Origin: a virus
Strand: one strand, 5' to 3'
Virus record (IMG/VR): IMGVR_UViG_3300042882_001046
Coordinates: 54,269-118,268 of that record
DNA: 64,000 nucleotides
Shown here: piece by piece, positions 35,312 through 44,489 of the stretch
How the letters are laid out: every line of letters starts with the position of its first letter
How positions within the stretch are numbered: the stretch's first letter is position 1
The notes under the pieces: model-generated
The model's input: the letters and a program-made list of their open reading frames with translations, nothing else
Told to the model about the DNA's origin: nothing
The model's database searches: none
Made by a program: the position numbers and the translations under genes

Positions 35312-35560
35312 TTACCAAATTTGATTAGCAGCACCTCTTGTGAGGCCAGTTTCCCATTTTTCTCCCGAAGCACCTAATTTATTTGCCTTTCCTCTTGTTA
35401 TATTATATGAATCAGACCATTTAGGAACTTTCCCACCTCCTCCTGATGAAGGTGCTGGTGAAGCAGCTGCGGCTGCGTCTTGTTCACCCATTTCACCTTT
35501 TGATTCTGTGTTTGAAAATTTTTTAAAAAAATCTATAAGGAAATCTACGTCTAATGTCAT
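35312..35560 (-). CDS. Hypothetical protein
   Basis: 82 aa with repeated TRGxAN. Confidence 0.55.
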   Translation of the reverse strand: MTLDVDFLIDFFKKFSNTESKGEMGEQDAAAAASPAPSSGGGGKVPKWSDSYNITRGKANKLGASGEKWETGLTRGAANQIW

Positions 35561-35608
35561 GTTAATAAATATTTTGTAATTTGAAAAGAATTTGATTATC
35601 TTAGCCCC

Positions 35609-36139
35609 ATGAGAAAACTTATTTTATTATTAGGTATATTTTTAACCTCTTGTGAACAATATGTGGTTGAAATTAAAGATGTTACATTAAGTGGTAAGTA
35701 CGTGGTATCAAAGTTAGAGATTACAAATGTGGACCAAAACTATACAAGGGATTCTTTATACCTTGTTGGTACAACATATGTAAATCCTAACTTACCTCAT
35801 CCATTTAATAATATTCCCATTAACAACTCTTATTTTCATTTTGACTATTCTACAGTTAGAATGAAATTATTAGGGGTTTCAAATGCTGGCCAAGATATTT
35901 GGCAGTATGGAAATTCTCCTAATGAAATTTTTTATAAAACTTTTGGTGGAACTCCGTATCATGCGGGTTATCTACAATATGACTACACCTCACAAAGCGG
36001 CGGGCATCGTCTGATTACATTTTTAATTGAGGACGATGGTTTACAATCCCTCCAATTAAAAACAGAAGGAGCGTGGTTTAACGGTAAATTTGGTCAGAAA
36101 CAAGTTATGACACTTTCATTAACAAGAGTGGGTCCTTAA
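35609..36139 (+). CDS. Hypothetical lipoprotein
   Basis: Lipobox LTSC; TATCTTAG 4 nt before ATG. Confidence 0.7.
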   Translation: MRKLILLLGIFLTSCEQYVVEIKDVTLSGKYVVSKLEITNVDQNYTRDSLYLVGTTYVNPNLPHPFNNIPINNSYFHFDYSTVRMKLLGVSNAGQDIWQYGNSPNEIFYKTFGGTPYHAGYLQYDYTSQSGGHRLITFLIEDDGLQSLQLKTEGAWFNGKFGQKQVMTLSLTRVGP

Positions 36140-36438
36140 TAGAACTCACTCTTTGGTAATACCTCAGGGTTAATCGTATAATATTCGTTTAAAAACGTAA
36201 TTAATTCATCCTCATCTAATTCAACTTTGTCCATTGGTAAGACTTCGTCATCTTCAAAGTCATCATCAAAAAAGTCAAAAGATTCGGTCACTAAATCAAA
36301 TCCGTAATCTTCAACAATACTATAATCTATACTGTCGGTTCTCATAACCTCTTCGTCGTCTTCAATAGTTCTGAAAGACACGTCTAAAATGTTGGAGTCA
36401 CTATTAAGGAAATAGGACACAATTTCTTTTATTTCCAT
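36136..36438 (-). CDS. Hypothetical acidic protein
   Basis: 100-aa D/E-rich ORF. Confidence 0.6.
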   Translation of the reverse strand: MEIKEIVSYFLNSDSNILDVSFRTIEDDEEVMRTDSIDYSIVEDYGFDLVTESFDFFDDDFEDDEVLPMDKVELDEDELITFLNEYYTINPEVLPKSEFY

Positions 36439-36535
36439 AAACACAATTTATAAAGAAATATCTAAAAACAAATTAAAAGTCATATTTTTTTATTTGTATT
36501 TATGATTATAATTAAGATAGAAAAATACGCAACAT

Positions 36536-37117
36536 ATGAGATTTAATTCATTAACAATCGATAACTTCTATGAAAACCCAATGGAGGTTAGAGAATTTGC
36601 CCTTAATCAAGAATTTAAAGTAAGAGGGAACTACCCTGGAATGAGAACTGAATCGTTCTTATCTGACGGAATTAGAAAAAAATTTAGAGATATTCTTTAT
36701 CCATTTGCGGGTGAGATTACTTGGTGGGGTGGTGAATATACTGGGTCATTCCAATACACAACAGCATCAGATAGGTCATGGATTCATGCGGACTCAACAA
36801 CTGATTGGGCGGCATTGATTTACCTTACTCCTAACGCACCTTTGTCATCAGGTACAGGTATTTTTAGACACAAAGAAACTGGTTGGCAACATTTTGATTA
36901 TAAGAGAGAAAACGAACCAGGATATAAAGAATCGGCTCCTCCAGGTCACGATATGCAAGATTATACAAAATGGGAAATGGTTGACAGATATGGAAACTCA
37001 TTTAATAGATGTGTAATGTACAGAGCAGACAATTACCACGTATCATTAGATTATTTTGGTAAGGATATGTACGACGGAAGACTGTTTCAAGTATTCTTTT
37101 TCAACACTGAAAAATAA
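36536..37117 (+). CDS. DUF6445-like putative 2OG-Fe(II) oxygenase
   Basis: IDNFYENP, YPGMRT, WIHAD, WAALIYLTP, RLFQVFF. Confidence 0.7.
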   Translation: MRFNSLTIDNFYENPMEVREFALNQEFKVRGNYPGMRTESFLSDGIRKKFRDILYPFAGEITWWGGEYTGSFQYTTASDRSWIHADSTTDWAALIYLTPNAPLSSGTGIFRHKETGWQHFDYKRENEPGYKESAPPGHDMQDYTKWEMVDRYGNSFNRCVMYRADNYHVSLDYFGKDMYDGRLFQVFFFNTEK

Positions 37118-37149
37118 AAATAAACCCCGATTTTGGTCGGGGTTTTTTA

Positions 37150-37572
37150 TTACAAACTATTATTTAATTCTTCTATAAACTTTGGGTCTAAGTCATTTAG
37201 TATACTTATAACTCCATCGTGACAATAACAATAATCAAATGTGGAAGATATTTTGGTAAATTTTTTGAACCCGATTATAACAGGACTAAATTTTCTTTTT
37301 TGTTCTATTTTAGCATTTCTATATAAGTTTTCATATCTAATCCCCAATTCCATTAAAAAATCAATACTGTCCTCCGTATAAGATTCAAAATAAGGTATAT
37401 TAATGTTATCAATTATAAACGGTAACGTGTTTGTTTCCTTTATATCCCCAATTAATGTGGATATCGCAAGACTACCTTCATTTTGGTCCTTTTGCAAAAA
37501 ATGCCAAAGAAAATATTCATTCTCTTTGGCAATTTTGAAATAATCTTTATGTGATACTTTTTCCCTAATCAT
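37150..37572 (-). CDS. Hypothetical protein
   Basis: 140-aa ORF coupled to the upstream oxygenase. Confidence 0.55.
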   Translation of the reverse strand: MIREKVSHKDYFKIAKENEYFLWHFLQKDQNEGSLAISTLIGDIKETNTLPFIIDNINIPYFESYTEDSIDFLMELGIRYENLYRNAKIEQKRKFSPVIIGFKKFTKISSTFDYCYCHDGVISILNDLDPKFIEELNNSL

Positions 37573-38171
37573 TATCTAAGATTTGCCCCGCAAAACCAAG
37601 TAACCAATGATTTTCTAACACCTGATGTTAGTGGAGTTACTCTATGTAATAAAAACGAAGGGAAAAAAACCATTGTTCCCAATCCTTTTGGTACTTCAAT
37701 TATATTCCCACCTGGATTAATTTGTAATTGACCTCCTTCATATTCTTCTGGTGTTGATAATTGTAACACACAAGAAAGTTTTCTATTTGAAATGCCAGGA
37801 CCTAAATCAACATGCCAATCGTAATGACCACCATCTCCATAGTATTTTGTATATTGTAATCCGTCTCCAAATCCCCATATATCAAAGTTCCACATTTCTT
37901 TATTGGCAATAATAGCATATTCCGCCAATTTGTCATAAATGAATGCGGTTTCTGGTGTTTCATTCAACCAAGCAATCTCACTTATTCTATAATCGGAAAC
38001 ATCCTGACTTTGGTCGTGACCCACTGTTGTTGCGGCTTGTTTAGGGTACGATTCCCCTATTTCAATTATTTTTTCAATTTCTTTAGGTGTAAATGCGTTT
38101 GTGAAATAATAATAATTTAAGTGGTTTACGTTATTTCTCTGTTCGTCTAAAAATTTGTTTGCTGCTGACAT
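37572..38171 (-). CDS. 2OG-Fe(II) oxygenase (prolyl-4-hydroxylase/PKHD-like)
   Basis: HYDWHVD, RKLSCVLQLS, YEGG, FPSFLLHRVTP, RKSLV; ATG 38171. Confidence 0.88.
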   Translation of the reverse strand: MSAANKFLDEQRNNVNHLNYYYFTNAFTPKEIEKIIEIGESYPKQAATTVGHDQSQDVSDYRISEIAWLNETPETAFIYDKLAEYAIIANKEMWNFDIWGFGDGLQYTKYYGDGGHYDWHVDLGPGISNRKLSCVLQLSTPEEYEGGQLQINPGGNIIEVPKGLGTMVFFPSFLLHRVTPLTSGVRKSLVTWFCGANLR

Positions 38172-38225
38172 TTTATTTAAATTTTGTATTTTAATTATAA
38201 ACAATAACAAATCTAATTTCAATAG

Positions 38226-39440
38226 ATGGAAATGAATATAGAAAAAAAATTTAAGGTTGTTGATTCCGTATTTTTTAACGGGGAGATAGATTATTTGCAA
38301 TTCAGATTTACGGAACTAAACAACATGGTAGATTTTTTTATTATCTTAGAAATAACAGGTGAAAATGAAAAAACATCATTATTTGAAAGTAATATAGAAA
38401 AATTTGAATTGTGGAAAGATAAGATAATACATATCAAATCGACTCACCCTTCGGAAGAAACTATTAGTGATATGCTTGAAAAGCATGAATTAAATGAAAA
38501 AAATAACCTTAAAGTTGTACCAATTAAACTTAGTCAAATCCACGATTTATCCGTTTGTCTAATCTCTTTAAATTTAAATTTTGATGATATAATTTTAATT
38601 TCAAACATTGATGAGATTCCGATTCTACCTAAGTCAGAGGTTTTACAATCTTTCCTTTCTTTTGAACCTGTTGTTTTTTTACAAAAAAATTTTTTGTGGA
38701 ATAAAGGTTTTGTTAAGCAAGAGAATCATTTAGGGTCGTTGTGTTTTCAATATTCACATTTTATAACAAACAACCACATTTCCCACATTTTTACTGAAAA
38801 TAGTTCAAGAGAAATAACTTTAAATTTTACTCCAATAAACTCAGGATTTAAATTTGAATTATTCCAAAACTTAGAAAATTCCGTACATAGTATTGCATCA
38901 AAATACGGTCACGATGACCTTGAAAAAATTAATTCAATTGTTTCTAATAGTAGAAATGAGTTAATTTATTATGATTTTAAAACGTTATTAAACCCAATGT
39001 CGTTAGTAAAATATGATGGGGATTTACCAGTATATGTTGATATGTTAGATAGCCAAGAAATTGGTAGGGTATTACCTAAAAAACATTTAGTTGTTGTTGG
39101 GATTGATGCTTCTCAAAATATCGATACTGATAATTTTGAAACAGTGTCTATAATATCCCATACTACTTCAATTGATACGGAACCATATAAACAAGTTTCA
39201 GATAACGTTAAAATACACTACATTCAAATTCCAAACATAAATTATTATGACGTATTAATAGAAGATAATAATTTGAAAAATTTTCAGAAAATGTATGTTT
39301 TAAATGAAATTAAGTCGGTTTTAATTTCATTACACCCATTAGATATTGATATTTTTGAGTTTTATTTTGCTGGTAAAACCATATCATATCCTTGGTCAAT
39401 AATTAAAGATAATTTTATATACGATTTACTACATAAATAA
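38226..39440 (+). CDS. GT17-like glycosyltransferase with C-terminal extension
   Basis: DSVFFNGEIDYLQFRFTEL...DFFIILE and DDIILISNIDEIP. Confidence 0.55.
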   Translation: MEMNIEKKFKVVDSVFFNGEIDYLQFRFTELNNMVDFFIILEITGENEKTSLFESNIEKFELWKDKIIHIKSTHPSEETISDMLEKHELNEKNNLKVVPIKLSQIHDLSVCLISLNLNFDDIILISNIDEIPILPKSEVLQSFLSFEPVVFLQKNFLWNKGFVKQENHLGSLCFQYSHFITNNHISHIFTENSSREITLNFTPINSGFKFELFQNLENSVHSIASKYGHDDLEKINSIVSNSRNELIYYDFKTLLNPMSLVKYDGDLPVYVDMLDSQEIGRVLPKKHLVVVGIDASQNIDTDNFETVSIISHTTSIDTEPYKQVSDNVKIHYIQIPNINYYDVLIEDNNLKNFQKMYVLNEIKSVLISLHPLDIDIFEFYFAGKTISYPWSIIKDNFIYDLLHK

Positions 39441-39466
39441 AAAACCCCTCTTTTGGAGGGGATTTT
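39441..39466. terminator. Bidirectional terminator; identical hairpin recurs at about 62345-62369
   Basis: CCCCTCTTTTGGAGGGG between convergent genes. Confidence 0.75.
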
Positions 39467-39467
39467 T

Positions 39468-40505
39468 TTATTTTATAATTTTCATTCTGTTCATCATTTC
39501 CATTACTTTGTTCTTTTGTGAGATAAAAGACTCTTGTAAATCTTCGTCAACCTCATCCCAATCACCTGTGTAAGATTTGATTTCTTCCCACGATTTGTCT
39601 CTCGGGTCAAATTTGCCAAAATCAATTTCTAACTCATCTTCTTCAAAGTCGTCATCATCTCTTTTTCTTCTTTGTTCTTCAACTTCGTTTTCATTGTATG
39701 ATGAACGTTGGTAAGGTCCTGCCTTTCCTGGTCCTTCACTATCAAAGTCATAAGCACTTTCCATGTCACCATAAATTCCTTGAGAACCTGATACATCTAC
39801 TTCGTCCATTTCTGATTCCGCCCACGCAGATTCCATAGTTTCATACTCTTCATCACAATCTAAACATTGTTCGTCCATTTCTTCAGTTGGATAGACATCT
39901 CCTCCCGCCATTGGTCCGTCAGAAATGAAATCATATGCTGGGTCAATGTTACTTAAGTCCATATCAGGGGCGTTTCCACCACCAGTATATCCTTGTTCGT
40001 CCATTTCTTCACCTGATTCAATATCTTCAAATCCATCATCTTCATTGTCCGTATTTTCATATTCATCTTCTTTGTAAAGATTTTTATGCATACCTTCAAA
40101 CGTATCAACATCATTAGATGGTCCTTCAATGTAATCAAACCCACCTGTTGGGTCTAAATCTTGTTCATCATAGATATCATCTAAATGTCCAGTTTCTTCT
40201 TCCATGTAACCCGAACCACATTCATTACAAACACCTTCTTCCATGTAACCCGAACCACATTCTGAACACATTTGTTTTTCTTCAACTTGTTCATTGATTC
40301 CCATGTTTGTGTATTTCTTAACTTCACCTTTATTGTTTACAACCATACCGTCTTTATCACCAGCAAAATCATACACGTACAAAGGTTGTGTATTTGAAAC
40401 TTGTGGCTGCATTGTTTGGTATCCGTTATATAAACTTTTATGTTGGTTCAAGATGTCTGACTTCTCAGTTGCAGACAATTGACCTAATCCAAAGTATCCT
40501 CTCAT
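39468..40505 (-). CDS. Very acidic protein, possible head core/scaffold component
   Basis: D/E-rich, repeated MDE/MEE/INE motifs, tandem CxECGSGYMEE. Confidence 0.6.
   Translation of the reverse strand: MRGYFGLGQLSATEKSDILNQHKSLYNGYQTMQPQVSNTQPLYVYDFAGDKDGMVVNNKGEVKKYTNMGINEQVEEKQMCSECGSGYMEEGVCNECGSGYMEEETGHLDDIYDEQDLDPTGGFDYIEGPSNDVDTFEGMHKNLYKEDEYENTDNEDDGFEDIESGEEMDEQGYTGGGNAPDMDLSNIDPAYDFISDGPMAGGDVYPTEEMDEQCLDCDEEYETMESAWAESEMDEVDVSGSQGIYGDMESAYDFDSEGPGKAGPYQRSSYNENEVEEQRRKRDDDDFEEDELEIDFGKFDPRDKSWEEIKSYTGDWDEVDEDLQESFISQKNKVMEMMNRMKIIK
40197..40262. repeat. 27-bp direct repeat, period 39 bp
   Basis: TTCTTCCATGTAACCCGAACCACATTC at 40197 and 40236. Confidence 0.9.
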
Positions 40506-40587
40506 AGTTTTTAGTTTTCTTAATAAATAGTTTTGTTTTTTAATTTATTTCGTTTGACATTATTCAGAACTAATTCTATTATTTGTT

Positions 40588-40674
40588 GAGACAAGTGAGA
40601 CCCGTATTTCATTCGATAGTATCTTGGTAATTTATTTATCGCCTTAATCTACACGGTCCACTTGTTTCTTTTTT
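40588..40674 (+). ncRNA. Candidate structured small RNA or cis-leader
   Basis: TTGACA-N17-TATTAT upstream; closing stem GAGACAAGTG/CACTTGTTTC then T6. Confidence 0.55.
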
Positions 40675-40676
40675 AT

Positions 40677-40931
40677 ATGACTATTAACAACTATGATATT
40701 GACCAATATGCGGAAGGAGCCATCATTCTTGATGGACTTGATGATGCCATTATCGGTATTGTTGAGGAGTTTGGTAATGGTCCTCGTATCCTATATTCAA
40801 AAAACAAAATTCTTAACATTTTGTGTGAAAGAGACCTGATGACAATGGGAGAGGCTGAAGAATTTTTTGACTACAATATTATCGGTCTTTACGCTGGAGA
40901 ACAAAATCCTGTTTTTTTAGTTTCAGAATAA
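40677..40931 (+). CDS. Conserved-looking phage hypothetical protein
   Basis: LDDAIIG...EAEEFFDYNIIGLYAGEQNP. Confidence 0.7.
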   Translation: MTINNYDIDQYAEGAIILDGLDDAIIGIVEEFGNGPRILYSKNKILNILCERDLMTMGEAEEFFDYNIIGLYAGEQNPVFLVSE

Positions 40932-40952
40932 TTTTTTTATTATCTTTGCTCT

Positions 40953-41627
40953 ATGATAAAAGTAGACGTAAATAGCAAAGGTCGGCCAGAGAACAATGTT
41001 TGGATATTCTCTGACCCTCACTATAACCACAAGAATATATGTCGTGGTGTAACCAATTGGAAAACTTCTGATGGTGAAATCCCTATTGCTCAAACCCGTG
41101 ATTTTCCAACCATAGAAAAAATGAACGCAGCAATTGTTAATAACATTAACAACTGTGCAATGCCTGACGATACACTAATATGTCTTGGTGATTGGTCTTT
41201 TGGTGGGTTTGAAAGTATCCGCGAGTTCTGGGATAGAATTATGTGTAAAAATATTCACTTAATTCTTGGTAATCACGACCACCACATCGATAGAAATAGA
41301 GACGGGTCCCAAGGACTTTTTAAAAGTGTTTCTCACTACAATACTCTTGAGATGGGTCAGTTTAAGTTCCGTTTGATGCACTATCCTATTAGTTCATGGG
41401 ATGGTCTTAATAAAGGTGTTATGCACTTACACGGACACTGTCACTTACCAACAAATTTAAGATTTGGTAAAGGACAAAGAATGGATGTCGGTATGGACGG
41501 ACACCCTGAATTCAGACCTTACAATGTTATGGATGAAGTGGTACCATTACTTAGACATAGAGAAAAATTATCAGAAATGCCAAATGACCACCATTTAGAT
41601 GACCTTGTAAATAAAGACAATGGATAA
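40953..41627 (+). CDS. Calcineurin-like metallophosphoesterase
   Basis: SDPH, LGD, GNHD, HYP, HGHCH. Confidence 0.88.
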   Translation: MIKVDVNSKGRPENNVWIFSDPHYNHKNICRGVTNWKTSDGEIPIAQTRDFPTIEKMNAAIVNNINNCAMPDDTLICLGDWSFGGFESIREFWDRIMCKNIHLILGNHDHHIDRNRDGSQGLFKSVSHYNTLEMGQFKFRLMHYPISSWDGLNKGVMHLHGHCHLPTNLRFGKGQRMDVGMDGHPEFRPYNVMDEVVPLLRHREKLSEMPNDHHLDDLVNKDNG

Positions 41628-41985
41628 GTCAGTCAAATTGTTTTATAAACCACCCAAAGACGAGTGTTTTGAGGAGTTAAAATCTCTTTGCATTCGTTTT
41701 TGGAATGTGTTTCCAGGATTTGCGGTTTGGGATGAAGAACATCATAAATTACAACGTGAATATGCAAAATCTAAAATTGACGAAATAAAAGATTTAAAAA
41801 ACGAGGGGTCTAATTTTGTAATGATGGTTCAAATGATTCATCAAAATAGTAGAGAACATCTTTCAAAATTCCTATCTTTGGAGACTCGTAATGAAATTAG
41901 TATGAGGATATATGGGTGGGAAAAAGAAAACGAGTTTGACCCTTTCAATATTTGGAAAATAGAAAACAATATACGCGATGCCTAA
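41620..41985 (+). CDS. Hypothetical protein
   Basis: Coupled ORF in + strand operon. Confidence 0.6.
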   Translation: MDKSVKLFYKPPKDECFEELKSLCIRFWNVFPGFAVWDEEHHKLQREYAKSKIDEIKDLKNEGSNFVMMVQMIHQNSREHLSKFLSLETRNEISMRIYGWEKENEFDPFNIWKIENNIRDA

Positions 41986-42181
41986 TAAAATAATTTGTGT
42001 CGAATTAAACGACAAACAACAAAAAATGTACGAAGAATGGTTGTCTCATCTGAAGGCTTTGTATGGTGAATACGGTTCTTTGACTTGGAAAATTACTCCA
42101 ACAGGGATTGGAGAAGGGATTTACGTTTACAGCGAAAAAGCAAGGGTAGAATTAGATTTAACCGATATAGATTCTTGGTAG
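41978..42181 (+). CDS. Hypothetical protein
   Basis: Coupled ORF in + strand operon. Confidence 0.6.
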   Translation: MPNKIICVELNDKQQKMYEEWLSHLKALYGEYGSLTWKITPTGIGEGIYVYSEKARVELDLTDIDSW

Positions 42182-42182
42182 T

Positions 42183-42593
42183 ATGGAAAAAAATTTATAT
42201 ATTATAAGGGGAGTTCCTGGAAGTGGTAAATCCACTTTCGCGAAGTCTATTGCCAAACCTTGGCAAATTTTTGAGGCCGACCAATTTTTTATGAAACATG
42301 GAAAATATGATTTTGACTTCACAAAACTTAGGTTGGCACATGAATCCTGCAAACGTAGAGTTCATTATTGGATGCACCCTGGTTTGTTTAATTGGTTATT
42401 TTTTCGTAATATTGTGGTGTCAAACACATTTACTCAAGAATGGGAGATGAAGTTTTACCAAATAATTGCAAAGAAATACGGTTATAAGGTAACAACTATT
42501 ATTGTTGAAAATAGGCATGGGGGGAACAATGAACATGGGGTTCCTAATGAAAAAATTCAACAAATGAAAGACAGATTTGAAATTAAACTTTAA
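42183..42593 (+). CDS. P-loop polynucleotide-kinase-like protein (AAA_33 type)
   Basis: RGVPGSGKST, EAD, VVSNTF, HGVP. Confidence 0.8.
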   Translation: MEKNLYIIRGVPGSGKSTFAKSIAKPWQIFEADQFFMKHGKYDFDFTKLRLAHESCKRRVHYWMHPGLFNWLFFRNIVVSNTFTQEWEMKFYQIIAKKYGYKVTTIIVENRHGGNNEHGVPNEKIQQMKDRFEIKL

Positions 42594-42604
42594 AATAAAA
42601 TAAA

Positions 42605-42826
42605 ATGCAGACACTCGTATTTAACACAAAAACCAAGACAGTGGTCGTTTATGAAGGCGTACCAGAAGAGTCAAAAATAATCCACACATTTAACGATGTT
42701 CCAACCGTATCTGTTGCCGTAGCACATTATGAGGTAAAGGCAAAAGTGATGATTAATGAAATTGAAAACAGAGTACCTGTTGCCAGATTTCCAATTTCTA
42801 ACACAAACATGTTAATTCAAAATTAA
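42605..42826 (+). CDS. Hypothetical protein
   Basis: 73-aa ORF in operon. Confidence 0.55.
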   Translation: MQTLVFNTKTKTVVVYEGVPEESKIIHTFNDVPTVSVAVAHYEVKAKVMINEIENRVPVARFPISNTNMLIQN

Positions 42827-42829
42827 TAT

Positions 42830-43051
42830 ATGAAAGAGAAAATCAAAAATGGTTTAAAAATCCTATTTTCAGTATTGGGTGTTGTGGCAATTTTTGATTG
42901 GATTATTGCACCTGGACTAACATCTCAAAGTATAACAATTAACATTTTATCATTTATATTGTCAGGTATTGTTTCAACAATAGTTGGGGTCATTATTTGG
43001 AATGAAATAACTGAAAACCAAGAAGATGATAAAGATGGAAAAATATATTAA
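42830..43051 (+). CDS. Small membrane protein
   Basis: Two hydrophobic helices. Confidence 0.55.
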   Translation: MKEKIKNGLKILFSVLGVVAIFDWIIAPGLTSQSITINILSFILSGIVSTIVGVIIWNEITENQEDDKDGKIY

Positions 43052-43067
43052 TATTCAATAATAAAAA

Positions 43068-44129
43068 GTGGTATTCGATATAGACATATTAAATGATTAC
43101 ATAGAGAAGGGGTTGGTGGTTAAAAATGACCACCCAACCCTTCCTTTATCTATATACAACTATTCTCGTACTACTCAGTATGAAGGTAAATGGGACAATA
43201 TAACCAAAAGTTGCCGAGGGCTGATATTGGATAGAGAAGGAAATGTTGTCGCAAAATCATTTGATAAGTTTTTTAATCTTGAGGAGCACAATCCTGAAGA
43301 AATACCAAACGAAGAATTTGAAGTTTACGAAAAACTTGATGGTTCATTAGGAATATTGTTTTGGTACCAAGGTAAATGGATACTTGCAAGTAAGGGTTCT
43401 TTTATTTCCGACCAAGCAATTAAGGGAAAAAACATATTGAATTCAAAATACAACGTAGAACCAATACCTAAAGGATATACCACTTTGGTTGAGATAATAT
43501 ACCCTGAGAATCGTATAGTTTGTAGCTACGGAAATGATGAAGTTTTAGTTGTTTTATCTATGGTAAGTAACGCTTCAGGTAAAGAACTTGATTACGATTC
43601 TCTTCTAAAAATAAATGAAGAAACTGGCCTTCCTGTTATAAAAAAATATGACGGAATTCAAGATTATAAGACCCTAAAAACTTTAATATCTAAAGATAGA
43701 GAAGGATATGTTGTTCGTTTCAGAAACGGTTTTAGAATAAAGATAAAAGGTGATGAATATGTTCGTCTTCATAGAATACTTACTGGATTTTCTAACGTAG
43801 ATATATGGGAATACCTTAAAGACAAAAAAGATTTAAACGAACTTTTAGACAAAGTTCCTGACGAATTTGATGCATGGGTTAGAAATACAGTAAACGAATT
43901 AAATTCACAATTTGAGGGTATAGAAAAAGAATATCAGTGGATTTTTAAGGTAACTAAACGAGTTGAAGGTATTGAAGACAGAAAAATATTTGCAGAATAC
44001 GCAATGAGATATAAAAACCCATCAATTTTATTTTCAATGTTAGATAATAAAAATTATGATGAAATAATTTGGAAGTTAATAAGACCACAATATTCAAAAC
44101 CGTTTTGGCAAAAAGAAGATGAATCATGA
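43068..44129 (+). CDS. T4 Rnl1-like RNA ligase
   Basis: CRGLI, FDKFFN, motif I EKLDGS, EIIYPENRIV, motif IV EGYVV, KIKGDEY. Confidence 0.9.
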   Translation: MVFDIDILNDYIEKGLVVKNDHPTLPLSIYNYSRTTQYEGKWDNITKSCRGLILDREGNVVAKSFDKFFNLEEHNPEEIPNEEFEVYEKLDGSLGILFWYQGKWILASKGSFISDQAIKGKNILNSKYNVEPIPKGYTTLVEIIYPENRIVCSYGNDEVLVVLSMVSNASGKELDYDSLLKINEETGLPVIKKYDGIQDYKTLKTLISKDREGYVVRFRNGFRIKIKGDEYVRLHRILTGFSNVDIWEYLKDKKDLNELLDKVPDEFDAWVRNTVNELNSQFEGIEKEYQWIFKVTKRVEGIEDRKIFAEYAMRYKNPSILFSMLDNKNYDEIIWKLIRPQYSKPFWQKEDES

Positions 44130-44326
44130 AATCAGAATTAGAAAAAATAATAGAAAAAAACATAGTCCACAATAGTTTTTTAGACAAACAATCAGTTGAA
44201 AAATGTGTTGAGGAATCTTATAATTTAGGGGTTAATGACGTGTTAGGTTGGTTATCCAAAATGGATTACCTATCTGACAACGTCAAGTACATAATTGAAG
44301 AATGGAACAACCAACATAAATCATGA
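44126..44326 (+). CDS. Hypothetical protein
   Basis: ATGA-coupled ORF. Confidence 0.55.
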   Translation: MKSELEKIIEKNIVHNSFLDKQSVEKCVEESYNLGVNDVLGWLSKMDYLSDNVKYIIEEWNNQHKS

Positions 44327-44487
44327 CAAACGAAGAAATTGTTGAAGAACTGCTTCACGAGGCAGAACAATTGAAATTAAGAATAGAGGTGTTAGACCTT
44401 GCTACTAAAATAAAAGAAGTATCTCCAAATATGTCTTTTTTAGAATCATTGGAGCACGCAATGAAACACATAAAAGAACACGTTTAA
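44323..44487 (+). CDS. Hypothetical 54-aa protein (below track cutoff)
   Basis: ATGA overlap with upstream gene; ends 2 nt before thyA. Confidence 0.55.
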   Translation: MTNEEIVEELLHEAEQLKLRIEVLDLATKIKEVSPNMSFLESLEHAMKHIKEHV

Positions 44488-44489
44488 TT

